The notes under the pieces are model-generated. The model did no database searches, was not told where the DNA came from, and saw nothing but the letters and a program-made list of their open reading frames with translations. 64,000 nucleotides of DNA from an uncultured Poribacteria bacterium (GTDB lineage Bacteria > Poribacteria > WGA-4E > WGA-3G): the NCBI GenBank assembly GCA_951813565.1, contig OX638351.1, positions 704,001-768,000 on the forward strand, written 5' to 3'. This document shows, one piece after another, positions 1 to 9,333 of the stretch; position 1 is the stretch's first letter, and each line of letters begins with the position of its first letter. Made by a program: the position numbers and the translations under genes.

Positions 1-361
1 TGATCGGAAGATACTGAATAAAATATCCGATAATCAGAACAGGTATCAACCAAAGAACATTAGCAATAATGCAGACTCCGAAACTCAGCAGGAAATTGCC
101 AAGATACAATGGATTACGGACATAGCTATAAGGACCTGTTGTAACAAGATCGCGGGCGGCACCGAGAGAAGTGGCTCGTGTGGAGCCACCAGCATATCCG
201 ACTGCCCATATTCGGAGCAATTCACCTATAGAGATAAACAAGATGCCTATTAGTGTGGTATGCCAGGTTGATTTTGCGAAATAGAGCAATGCGAGAATAA
301 ATGGAATCGGGGTGAAACTGCGGATTTTGAAGAAAAAGTTACCGAGTTTGGGGGAAATCAT
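1..361 (-). CDS. Isoprenylcysteine carboxylmethyltransferase / PEMT-family membrane protein, running off the window start
   Basis: Manual translation from ATG at 361: MISPKLGNFFFKIRSFTPIPF...LVTTGPYSYVRNPLYLGNFLL, the family LvTtGPYxxvRNPlY motif. Confidence 0.8.
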   Translation of the reverse strand, partial: MISPKLGNFFFKIRSFTPIPFILALLYFAKSTWHTTLIGILFISIGELLRIWAVGYAGGSTRATSLGAARDLVTTGPYSYVRNPLYLGNFLLSFGVCIIANVLWLIPVLIIGYFIQYLPI

Positions 362-452
362 GATAGTCGTGGAAAACTTTGGGAACAGACTTAAAATCGG
401 AAAAGGTTGAGTGTAGGTTACTGGACAATGTGAGGACTCTACCTTTAAATTT

Positions 453-1514
453 CTATCTTGGCGTTCGCCATATTAAGATACTACCGACAATACCGTATAA
501 AATGTTTGCGCCCCAACAGGCTACAAAGGGATGGAGTTTGCCGTTCTCACTTAGTCCTTCAAGCGTGGCAAAAGAGAGTGCCCAATAGATAAAGACAAGG
601 AAGAAAGCGATCACTAAGCCCGCGAAAAATCCGGCTTTTCCGAAACGTATTGCAATAGGCGCGCCTAACATTACAACAACAACCGCTGCAAATGGATATG
701 CTCGTTTGTGATGTAATTTGACGTGTTCAATCCGAGAAATTTGCCCTGCTTCTTTTTTATAGGCGATCTGTTCTTTAAGTTCCTTAATCGTCATCCCCCT
801 TGGGTCTTTATCGCTACCGATGAAGCGTGCAGGGTCCTCATAACGTTCTATAGACATCTCTTTAAAAGTTTCATAATCAACTTCTGTTTCATTTTCAAAG
901 TGGCGAATGTGTCCTTCGGTCAGCACCCAATGCGTCGGTGTCCATGTTGTTTCCTTGGCATAAATAGTACGCTGGAGTTCCCCTGCCTCATTCGATTCCC
1001 AAATGGTCATTTTACTAATTATTTTGTCTTGTAAATTAATTCTGTGGGAATAAAAGATACGATTGCCTCTGCCTTTAAAAACAAGGTGTCTTCCGTATCG
1101 TGGGCGTTCTTTTTTTTGTAGCAGATTCGCTTCATGGTAAGCTGGAGATGCGATGCGGTCATAAAAAAAAGCAAAAAGCACACAAATAACAAGCGTCACA
1201 ATAAGAACAGGGGTAAGAATTCGGTAGACGCTTATTCCACCTGCTTTCATTGCAACAAATTCGTTATTACGAACCATCCGTCCAAGGACGAAGAAGATAG
1301 CGACAAAACCTGACACGGGGACGATCTCCATAATCCGCCGCGGTGCTTGGAATAGAACGATTTTCACAGCAGCGAAATAAGCGATACCCTCTTCAAAATG
1401 TTTGATATCCTTATCTAATAAACGAACGATGACAACGAGCGCGCTAAAGAAAAAGAAGCCGACGAAAAAGGCTTTGAGGTATTCTTTAATCAGGTACCGG
1501 TCTAAGATATTCAA
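453..1514 (-). CDS. lptG: LptF/LptG-family LPS export ABC permease (LptG-like)
   Basis: ILDRYLIKEY start, NEFVAMKAGGIS motif, C-terminal 3 TM with 'W.ANI'; likely TTG start at 1514 (ORF track extends to 1562). Confidence 0.8.
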   Translation of the reverse strand: MNILDRYLIKEYLKAFFVGFFFFSALVVIVRLLDKDIKHFEEGIAYFAAVKIVLFQAPRRIMEIVPVSGFVAIFFVLGRMVRNNEFVAMKAGGISVYRILTPVLIVTLVICVLFAFFYDRIASPAYHEANLLQKKERPRYGRHLVFKGRGNRIFYSHRINLQDKIISKMTIWESNEAGELQRTIYAKETTWTPTHWVLTEGHIRHFENETEVDYETFKEMSIERYEDPARFIGSDKDPRGMTIKELKEQIAYKKEAGQISRIEHVKLHHKRAYPFAAVVVVMLGAPIAIRFGKAGFFAGLVIAFFLVFIYWALSFATLEGLSENGKLHPFVACWGANILYGIVGSILIWRTPR

Positions 1515-1536
1515 GCGATTTTTCCTACTTTGCCCA

Positions 1537-2739
1537 TTAAGATTCCGCGTTTCTATTAACAAAAAGCGGAATTTTACGTTCTTTATTATGCCATGCCCTT
1601 AGTTTACCTTCGCTCATCATGCCGGTAAATAGCACTATTCCGAGCACACCGACAACAAGATTTGGAAGCCACATTGCCAAAGCAGGATGGAATTGACCGC
1701 TTAAGCCTGTACTTTGTCCAATCTGAAGCAGTAGGTAATATAGCAGTATAACGGCTAACCCGATACCAAATCCGATCATTCTTCCGTTCTTTTTTACCAT
1801 AAATCCGAGTGGGATGCCGATTATGCTAAATGCTAAGCAGGCAAACGGAAGGGCAAACTTTTTGTGATACTCAACCTTTGCATACCGGAGTCTATTTAAA
1901 GTGTACTCAGATGGTTTTTCAGGTTTTAGGGATTTTTCTAATTTTTTGATATGTGTGTTAAGCTCTCCGATACGCATTGCTTGCGGATGCTGTGTCTTAT
2001 ATTCTCTCCGTTGTAAATCTTCTTTATAGTTGAGAGCGATCTGTTGTTCTTGAAATTGCGTAATTCTGAACCCTTCGGAGCCGTCAGTTAAGGGCTCATA
2101 GGTATGCCCGTCGTAAAGCGTCAATTTGGTACTGCCGCCTTCAAAGCCAAGACTGGCGGATTGTGCGAGAGTGAAGCGCGGTTGCCCCGGAAAAATTTCG
2201 TCCCAGATTCTCACATTCTGTAACCTTTCTGTTTTAGGATCAGTAGATTCGTACATCCAAAGTTTTCCCTCTGTTTCAAGCTCTTTCATGACGGTGTCTT
2301 CTTCCAAAATGAGAGCAGGATTGTGTTTTTGGATGTCGCGTTTAAGTGAAACAGAAGAAAGTGTTGCTCGTGGCAGTACATATTCCATCAGTGCTAAGTC
2401 GACCGCACTTAATATTACAGTTGCGCTCAGGAGGGGTACCATAAGTTGATGGAAACCAACACCATGAGCACGCATTGCCATTATTTCTGAATCTGTAGAG
2501 AGTCGTCCTAATGCCAACAGGATTGCAACTAACGCCGCCATCGGAATTGACAGAACAACCGTTGCAGGCATCACATACAGCAGTGATTCAATCAGATAAA
2601 GGGGGCTTACCCCTTTCTTAACGAAAAGTTTGACTAACCGAAATAGCTCGTCAAAAAGTATGATACAGGTAAAACAGATAAGTGATATTAAAAATGGTGG
2701 AATGAACTCTTTTAGACAATAACGTGACAGTATTTTCAT
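1537..2739 (-). CDS. lptF: LptF/LptG-family LPS export ABC permease (LptF-like)
   Basis: MKILSRY, GRLSTDSEIMAMRAHGVG, AMWLPN motifs; tandem with lptG-like gene. Confidence 0.8.
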   Translation of the reverse strand: MKILSRYCLKEFIPPFLISLICFTCIILFDELFRLVKLFVKKGVSPLYLIESLLYVMPATVVLSIPMAALVAILLALGRLSTDSEIMAMRAHGVGFHQLMVPLLSATVILSAVDLALMEYVLPRATLSSVSLKRDIQKHNPALILEEDTVMKELETEGKLWMYESTDPKTERLQNVRIWDEIFPGQPRFTLAQSASLGFEGGSTKLTLYDGHTYEPLTDGSEGFRITQFQEQQIALNYKEDLQRREYKTQHPQAMRIGELNTHIKKLEKSLKPEKPSEYTLNRLRYAKVEYHKKFALPFACLAFSIIGIPLGFMVKKNGRMIGFGIGLAVILLYYLLLQIGQSTGLSGQFHPALAMWLPNLVVGVLGIVLFTGMMSEGKLRAWHNKERKIPLFVNRNAES

Positions 2740-2924
2740 AATTTCTTTTTAACTCTATACACAATTTCGTAGAGCAGATGCACTTGTGAACAGCAAGCAG
2801 ACTTTACATTTATTAATCTCTTTGATTAGACTCCTGCAATCTGGCAGAACACATAAGGCTTAATTTATTATTAGTTGCTTTTTAAGTAAAAAATGTTTAA
2901 AAAATTTGCGTTTTTAATTAGAAA

Positions 2925-3422
2925 TTGTGTTATGGACATGTTATCATGTTAATTATGAACATTACACTGGAATCAATTCAGTTAACTACATCAGATTTGT
3001 CAGAGTATTCTGCCCATCTAAGTTCATCGCAAGAACTTTATTCTCCGACTGCGCCTGCAAAACCTATTGCACAATTCGGTTGGCGTGATCGATGGTGGTT
3101 GAATAATGCGCCTGCGGAACAAGTCGCACTCAATTATTGGTTTTTTCAATCATCTGATGAGGCTTACACTGCAGCTGATGAAGGTCGCCTTCGGTTGTCT
3201 CCGCGAACCATCTCAAAATTCGGTGGACACGAATCTATTTATCAGCCAGTATCCAAAGATCAGGTTGAACTTGGAGATTCAGTGTGGCAGGCGGGACCGA
3301 ATTGGCTTTTCGTTCGAGAGACCGTCGTTGTCCTCGTCGCTGAAATCGGCGGACAAGTTTCCGATGAGACAACCCTGCAAATAGCACGTAAGATTCTTAA
3401 GAAAATTGAAAACGGACTTTAG
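2925..3422 (+). CDS. Hypothetical protein
   Basis: 165-aa ORF filling the gap between flanking genes; start uncertain (possibly 2946 or 2955). Confidence 0.55.
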   Translation: MCYGHVIMLIMNITLESIQLTTSDLSEYSAHLSSSQELYSPTAPAKPIAQFGWRDRWWLNNAPAEQVALNYWFFQSSDEAYTAADEGRLRLSPRTISKFGGHESIYQPVSKDQVELGDSVWQAGPNWLFVRETVVVLVAEIGGQVSDETTLQIARKILKKIENGL

Positions 3423-3539
3423 CAGGACAGATTGATAGATAGAGATACCGTTTAACGTGGCGGAGGTGAGCACGTAACAATCACCACCGCTCTTGTAAAC
3501 GCACTCACCCATAGGATTGATCAATCCATTGTCTGTCCG

Positions 3540-4613
3540 CTACTGATAGTCTTGATACCAATTTTCAGATTGCGCGGCTAAGCGAATGTTTTCTGTCCCT
3601 CCAAAGTGACGATGTTCAAACCACGGTAACGCGTTTTCTGCTGCTGCATTTGCATTATGGAAATTGGTTGTTGCTTCATTTTCGAGAAATTGCGTGACTG
3701 CCCCAGTGTCAGGATAAAAATCAACAGCATCTTTCCAAATTGCGCGTCCGCATAGGAACCCGCTCGCGCCTGCTGCTGAAGCGAGTTGAACGTTTTCAAT
3801 GAATTCCTCAATATCTACTCCAGCACTTAAAATGACCCACGGCAACGTTGAAGCTTCATCTAATTTCTGACAGACATCTTTAACCTCACTCAAGTCGTAA
3901 GCAGATTCACCCGCATAAAACGCTCGATCTTTATACGCATCCGTGTATTTTAAATCCGCCGGAAATTCTAATTTCAGAATATCAACTTTATAGGATGGGT
4001 CGGTAAATTCTTCAACACTGCGGATGACCAGGTCCGGTTTCTGCTTCGCAAATCCAACGCTCTTTGTTGTGCCTTCTAAAGCATAGCTCACGAGTTCAAG
4101 TAGAAACGGCAGATCATGTTTCTCACATTCATCTCCAACATGACGGACAAAGGCTTGTTGATGCTGCAGCGTTGCTTCAGAAGCATCGGGATGATAATAT
4201 GCGAGTAGTTTGATAGCGTCTGCGCCTGCCCGCTGTGCTTTTTCAATAGTCCAATTTTCGATTGGGTTGGAGAGCCGCTCATTTTCACTAACACCTTCAC
4301 TCACGTAGCCTGATGCTTCATAAGCCAGAAGTAGCGCTACATCCCGTGGGATCTCCATAATTGAATACGGGTGTCCATAGATAGGGTCAGTCAAAACTGC
4401 TGTAGCATTCGGGGCAAGAATTCGTGTAATTAAAGTTTTTAGCGATGCAACATCAGAATATTTGACATTTGTTTTGTCAATGTCAAGGACTTCTCCAAGT
4501 TTGGTCACCATAGAACCGCGTTGGTCAATCGCCATCATCTTAAACTTTCCGCTTGCGTCGGCGAGTTTCATGAGTCCTCTCAATTTTCCAGATGAAATAC
4601 CAATCGTAGCCAT
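3540..4613 (-). CDS. lacD: Tagatose-1,6-bisphosphate aldolase (LacD/DeoC-family class I aldolase)
   Basis: MAIDQRGS, VLTDP, DAIKLL.YY, LKLEFP, LSAGV, GFLCGRAIW motifs. Confidence 0.85.
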   Translation of the reverse strand: MATIGISSGKLRGLMKLADASGKFKMMAIDQRGSMVTKLGEVLDIDKTNVKYSDVASLKTLITRILAPNATAVLTDPIYGHPYSIMEIPRDVALLLAYEASGYVSEGVSENERLSNPIENWTIEKAQRAGADAIKLLAYYHPDASEATLQHQQAFVRHVGDECEKHDLPFLLELVSYALEGTTKSVGFAKQKPDLVIRSVEEFTDPSYKVDILKLEFPADLKYTDAYKDRAFYAGESAYDLSEVKDVCQKLDEASTLPWVILSAGVDIEEFIENVQLASAAGASGFLCGRAIWKDAVDFYPDTGAVTQFLENEATTNFHNANAAAENALPWFEHRHFGGTENIRLAAQSENWYQDYQ

Positions 4614-4631
4614 TAAAATAAGTTCTCCTTA

Positions 4632-5696
4632 CTAATATTCGCGTTCAACGAAAAAGTGAATTAGGGATAAAAACAGGTGCTTTGCCCTATTATTTGGAAG
4701 GTGGGCAAAATTCTGATTAAACTTTTGTGCTGCTTCTTGAAGTAGTGTTTTAGAACACTTCTGTGCATATTGAATAGAGTTGTATTTCTGCATCAATTGT
4801 AAGACACTTTGAACGTCAGCTTCCGTTTTTTCAGTTCGTGGTCGTGCCATGATGTCAATAACGTCTTGTGCTTCTGATGGTGTACAGGAATTGAAAAGAT
4901 GGATAAGTACAAGAGTCCGTTTACCTTCACTAATATCCCCTGCGATCTCTTTGCCGTATCTACCAACATCGCCAATTAGATTGAGAACATCATCCTGAAT
5001 TTGGAATGCAACCCCAAGAGATTTTCCGAGTTCAATAAAAACATCAGCTTCTTCAGCACTTGCACCGCCGATGATTGCCCCCACACGACAAGGAGTGATG
5101 CAAGTATACCACGCAGTTTTCTGGATACACATGGTCCAATAATCGTCTTCGTTGAGGTTCCATTGATTATTGTGAACCCAGCTCAGTTCAATGTGTTGTC
5201 CTTCAACGACTTGGTTGCTCAGTTGTATGAATTCGGATAGGATACGGAAGGAGAGTTCGTGTCCGAGGATATCAGTATTTCGGTGAAGCATTTCCCACAT
5301 TTTACAGTGCAGTGCATCTCCGACATTGATAGCCATCGGGATTCCATGTTTTTGATGAAGGCAAGGTTCACCACGTCGAAGTTCAGAACCGTCTTCAATG
5401 TCATCGTGAATGAGAAGCCAATTCTGAAGTAGCTCCAACGCTGCAGCAGTATTGACAGCACGTTCTGCATCTCCACCGAATACCTCGCAGATAAGCAAGC
5501 AGAGTGCGGGTCTTAATCCTTTTCCCGCACGTTGCGGATAATCTAACATCATTTGGTATAACTGATGTACATCCTGATGCTTATGGGTGGTGGGAAGAAA
5601 GTCAAAGATACATGCATCTACTTTGGTTTTGACTTCCTTGAGATAAGCGGTGACGAGGTCTTTTGTTGGTGCTGGTTCACGCCCAGATTTCGGCAT
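4632..5696 (-). CDS. Polyprenyl synthetase (GGPP synthase-like)
   Basis: GKGLRP, LIHDDIED..RRG, KT, FQIQDD, GDISEGK motifs. Confidence 0.9.
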   Translation of the reverse strand: MPKSGREPAPTKDLVTAYLKEVKTKVDACIFDFLPTTHKHQDVHQLYQMMLDYPQRAGKGLRPALCLLICEVFGGDAERAVNTAAALELLQNWLLIHDDIEDGSELRRGEPCLHQKHGIPMAINVGDALHCKMWEMLHRNTDILGHELSFRILSEFIQLSNQVVEGQHIELSWVHNNQWNLNEDDYWTMCIQKTAWYTCITPCRVGAIIGGASAEEADVFIELGKSLGVAFQIQDDVLNLIGDVGRYGKEIAGDISEGKRTLVLIHLFNSCTPSEAQDVIDIMARPRTEKTEADVQSVLQLMQKYNSIQYAQKCSKTLLQEAAQKFNQNFAHLPNNRAKHLFLSLIHFFVEREY

Positions 5697-5801
5697 GGAT
5701 CTTTTTAATTCCTTTTCCAGTCGGTTCTCCTATAGCTGCATATATCAATTATAAAGTATACCATATTGTGTGGTGAAAATCAAGTTTTTTGTTGAATAGG
5801 C

Positions 5802-6123
5802 AGGGTTATTTAGTTTTAAGAATTATCAGTTACTGAGTTTTACTGTGAGTTTATATCGTCCGTCGGGTAGCGCTTACGAAACCCGACAAATGCCAAAAAG
5901 CGCACTTGACGTTGATTTGGACATGGTAGTAGGCACGCGCCGCTTTCCGTCCGAAAGCCAAGAAATTACGGCACACGGCGTGTGCCTACTACTTTGCATC
6001 GCACATCTTTTTTGTAAGTTGAGGCTATGGATAGAGTGATAGCGAAACCCGACCACAATGCTGCTATAAAACATTAACGTTTGTGATGAAATACGCCAGA
6101 AAAACCGAAAACTAAATAACCCT
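5802..6123. mobile_element. MITE-like element with AGGGTTATTTAGTTTT terminal inverted repeats, carrying REP hairpins
   Basis: agggttatttagtttt (5802) and aaaactaaataaccct (ends 6123); a related left end recurs at ~24190. Confidence 0.6.
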
Positions 6124-6153
6124 ATTGGATAGGTATGTACAGTTTTTGTAGAT

Positions 6154-6262
6154 TGTCTGAACCAAGATTTGCAAGATTATAGGATTTCCAAGATTAGTCT
6201 TATGCTGTGCGGATGCTCACCATCCTGTAAATCTGGAAATTCTGATAATCTTGGTTCAGACA
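6154..6262. repeat. Inverted-repeat element TGTCTGAACCAAGATT...AATCTTGGTTCAGACA with internal 9-bp periodic repeats
   Basis: 16-bp perfect terminal IR; second copy at 26445-26729. Confidence 0.65.
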
Positions 6263-6278
6263 AGGATAAAACCTTGTA

Positions 6279-6422
6279 ATACCAATTCTAATAGAAAACG
6301 TATCATTACAGAGATTTACTGGGATTTTGAAACTCGACGAATGTGAATGTAAGAGGCGCAATGAATTGCGCGACTACAAACACGTTTTTTGTTAATGATG
6401 ATCTATCATTCAGAAATGGTAT
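6279..6422. mobile_element. MITE-like element (ATACCAATTCT...AGAAATGGTAT) containing REP GTAAGAGGCGCAATGAATTGCGCGACTAC
   Basis: Related copies or ends at ~22705-22783, ~26498-26604, ~56419-56491; the REP also occurs at ~20172. Confidence 0.55.
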
Positions 6423-6500
6423 AATATCGGACTTACAAAGTCCTCCTACAAGAAAGGGGCGCGACAATCTATTAAAATGTGGATAGAATTGGCGCGTAAT

Positions 6501-6728
6501 CTATGATTCCGTATTGTGGTCAAGATCGAGGGCGATGAAACGAAATCCGGTGGGTTTGAGTTTTTCAACGAGGGTGGTGCGCAGTTCAAGTACACGCGTA
6601 AACTCAGAATCGGACACTTGTATTCTTAAAACCGGTTTATGGTCAAATAGTGTGGCACTTTTAATATTGAATTCTTCAATAAGTTGCTCCGCTTGCTCCA
6701 AAGCAGAAAGTGCTGGTTGGATTTCCAT
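6501..6728 (-). CDS. Small protein resembling the LarE C-terminal domain
   Basis: MEIQPALSALEQAEQLI...HKPVLRIQV...KLKPTGFRFIALDL; ATG 1 nt after the SDR stop. Confidence 0.55.
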   Translation of the reverse strand: MEIQPALSALEQAEQLIEEFNIKSATLFDHKPVLRIQVSDSEFTRVLELRTTLVEKLKPTGFRFIALDLDHNTES

Positions 6729-6729
6729 A

Positions 6730-7536
6730 TTATGTGCGTTTTCTCCAGTCACTGCCTGCCATAAATCCACCATCAACGAACACCATTTGTCCGGTAACAA
6801 AATCTGATGCGTTAGATGCAAAGAAAATCGTCAATCCTGCTAAATCTTCCGGTTCACCCCAGCGATATGCGGGTGTGCGGTTAAGAATCCATTCGTTTCG
6901 GCTATCTTCTCGCGCGGGGGCGGTCATCTCTGTCCGGATAAATCCAGGTGCAATCCCGTTGACTTGGATATTATGCTCTGCCCATTCAACAGCAAGCAGT
7001 TTTGTAAGTTGTAAGAGACCGCCTTTCGCTGCAGTATATGCCACACTTGTCGGGAGTCCAATTGCTGATGTAAGAGATAACGTATTGATGACCTTACCGC
7101 CACCCTGTTTTTCCATGACTTTGCCGCAGGCTTTCGCGAGGAAAAATGCTCCCTTCAAATTGACATCCGTGACGAAGTCCCAATCTTCTTCATTGAATTC
7201 CAATGCGGGGTTTCGCACATTCACACCCGCATTGTTCACCAGTACGTCAAGTCTACCGAAAGTTTCAACGGTTTGTGCAACGAGCGAGTCAATTTCCTGA
7301 AGATTCCCAACATCCGCCCGAATTGGTAGAACGGTTCTGCCGGTTTCGTCAGCAATTTGTTCAGCAACAGGAGTGAGCGTAGCCATCTCTCTACCTGCGA
7401 TGACAAGTTCAGAACCTGCGCCTGCAAGCCCTGCAGCCATAGCTCTGCCGATGCCGCGACTTGCGCCACTCACAAGACTCACCTTACCATCTAACCGAAA
7501 ATGCTGAACAGTATCTGCAGCAGATTTATGATTCAT
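6730..7536 (-). CDS. SDR oxidoreductase (gluconate 5-dehydrogenase/KduD-like)
   Basis: SGASRGIG, NNAG, YTAAK, NGIAPG motifs. Confidence 0.9.
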   Translation of the reverse strand: MNHKSAADTVQHFRLDGKVSLVSGASRGIGRAMAAGLAGAGSELVIAGREMATLTPVAEQIADETGRTVLPIRADVGNLQEIDSLVAQTVETFGRLDVLVNNAGVNVRNPALEFNEEDWDFVTDVNLKGAFFLAKACGKVMEKQGGGKVINTLSLTSAIGLPTSVAYTAAKGGLLQLTKLLAVEWAEHNIQVNGIAPGFIRTEMTAPAREDSRNEWILNRTPAYRWGEPEDLAGLTIFFASNASDFVTGQMVFVDGGFMAGSDWRKRT

Positions 7537-7557
7537 ACCTATATTCCATTAAAAGGG

Positions 7558-8742
7558 TTATTTAGTTTTATTTAACTCCATCAACTTATCCGAATCAATA
7601 ACCTTAATTTCTCCGTTATGTTCATAAGCAAGAGAAATGAGTAGGTGTGCGTGAGGGGAAAGTCGTGGATCAATTTCCAGGGCGACGACATAGATTCTTG
7701 CGTTTTTTATGTTTTTTTCACGCATCGTGTCAAGAATTTTCTGTGGGTCAATTTCAATATTGGGCCCCTTCGTTGGAAGTCCATCCGTAACCAAAACAAT
7801 CACAGTGGGATCAAACGTTAAAGCTTTTTCAAGAGCACCAAGGATATTCGTCTTTGTGTTATCTTGGATACTTTTAGGAGTGTAAGTGTCAAGGTATCGC
7901 AAAGCCTGTTTTATATTTGTTTCATCTGCGGGTAGCAATCTCTCACTCATTAGCCTTGCAGTGAGAGAGAAAGGAAGGATATTAAAAGTAGACTCACTAC
8001 TGAGCGCTAAAACGGAATCTTTGACAGCATTGAGTGCCAATCCGAGCTTATTTAGACCGGGGGCTCCCATACTTGCAGAGATATCAAGACAGTAAACGAC
8101 ATCCTGCGGACCACCAAGATCATTGAGAAACTTGATAATATCGAGAGGGTCTTTGCTACCGGAATGTCCACTGCCTTCAAGGAGTCCACCACCGTCACCA
8201 CCTTGGGAAATCCCGCGATATTTGCCTGTCCCGTCACCACGTGCGCGGACCCGTCCTGTAACAAGTCCTTTGCCATCAGTCTGTCCGGGTTGTGAGATAA
8301 GGCGGCTGAGGTTTGATGCTTCAGCGTCCCTTAGCTTTGCATCTGTCATCAAGTCCGGCACTAATTCGTTTACAGGTGCATTGTTGACTTCAACGTCATG
8401 AATAACAATTTTTTCGCTCTGTTTGACAACTTCATCGCGCTCGTTCCTTGCAGCATCTATTCTTTTCTGCTCCGCGTCTTTCGCGAGGTTTTGCTTTGGG
8501 TCGAACCGTTTTTTTGTAAGCGGTGGTTTTGGCCGCATTCTTCGTTCCGCCAGAGGATCCTGCTCCTTAAATAGATCGAAAGCAAGTGCGTCTGATTGGT
8601 CATTCGCAACCGGACTCAAAGGTAAAAAAAGGTAAACAATAGCAACAGTCATGTGAAGGATAAGCGATAGCAAAATAATTGAGCGCATCCGAGTTTTGCG
8701 CTGTTCTTTTTCAGCATATCGGTTTGTCATTTCATCTAACAT
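7558..8742 (-). CDS. Membrane-anchored vWA-domain protein
   Basis: N-terminal TM with 'SLILH', Gly-rich linker, MIDAS DISAS and 'LVTDG'; start after GGAGG RBS. Confidence 0.75.
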   Translation of the reverse strand: MLDEMTNRYAEKEQRKTRMRSIILLSLILHMTVAIVYLFLPLSPVANDQSDALAFDLFKEQDPLAERRMRPKPPLTKKRFDPKQNLAKDAEQKRIDAARNERDEVVKQSEKIVIHDVEVNNAPVNELVPDLMTDAKLRDAEASNLSRLISQPGQTDGKGLVTGRVRARGDGTGKYRGISQGGDGGGLLEGSGHSGSKDPLDIIKFLNDLGGPQDVVYCLDISASMGAPGLNKLGLALNAVKDSVLALSSESTFNILPFSLTARLMSERLLPADETNIKQALRYLDTYTPKSIQDNTKTNILGALEKALTFDPTVIVLVTDGLPTKGPNIEIDPQKILDTMREKNIKNARIYVVALEIDPRLSPHAHLLISLAYEHNGEIKVIDSDKLMELNKTK

Positions 8743-8774
8743 TTTAATTTCCTCCGAGTGAATTAGTGAAGGCT

Positions 8775-9290
8775 TCAATCATTACTATCAGGAAGTTTTT
8801 CAAGCGCATCAATCCATTGGCTGCCTTCGGATGTCAGTTCATAGTATGTATGGTTTCTGTGTTTTATCCATTTTCCTTTGACGATGTTTTTTCGGTAGTG
8901 TATAATCCTTCCTTCTACACGTTTCAATCCGCCAAGTTCCCTAAGTTTGCGATGACGTTGCTGCATTTCTTCAAGTGGAATTCTTAAAGTCTCCGCAACG
9001 ACTTTTGAATAATCCATCCCTAATTCTTGGTGGTGCTTCAATATAAAATAATCGGTTTCATCTAATTCCGCAACTTCAGATGGAATATCCTGTGAAGTAT
9101 CAGGTATTTTGGACTTATGAATCTCTTCCCACGATACATCTAACAATCTTTCTGCTCTCAAACTGGAAACTGCTGAACATGATGAATCGTGGACAGTAAT
9201 GGTGCCATCCTCCTTGAAATAGCCTATAATCTGGTTATCTTTTTCAGGTGTACAACACTTTGCGATTTTATATGTGAGTTCATCTACCAT
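8775..9290 (-). CDS. RelA/SpoT-type zinc-finger (CC) domain fused to DUF2250-like winged helix
   Basis: AKCCTP...IIGY...ITVH.SSC...ERLLDVSW followed by ILKH...DYSK..A..L.IPLEE...HRNHTYYELT.EG. Confidence 0.65.
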   Translation of the reverse strand: MVDELTYKIAKCCTPEKDNQIIGYFKEDGTITVHDSSCSAVSSLRAERLLDVSWEEIHKSKIPDTSQDIPSEVAELDETDYFILKHHQELGMDYSKVVAETLRIPLEEMQQRHRKLRELGGLKRVEGRIIHYRKNIVKGKWIKHRNHTYYELTSEGSQWIDALEKLPDSND

Positions 9291-9333
9291 TTGCCTGAAA
9301 CCCTACAAACCTTAATCGAATAGGATTGAAATT

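Noticed and set aside
5845..6074. Short ORFs on both strands
   Set aside because: They lie within MITE/REP sequence with no coding signature.
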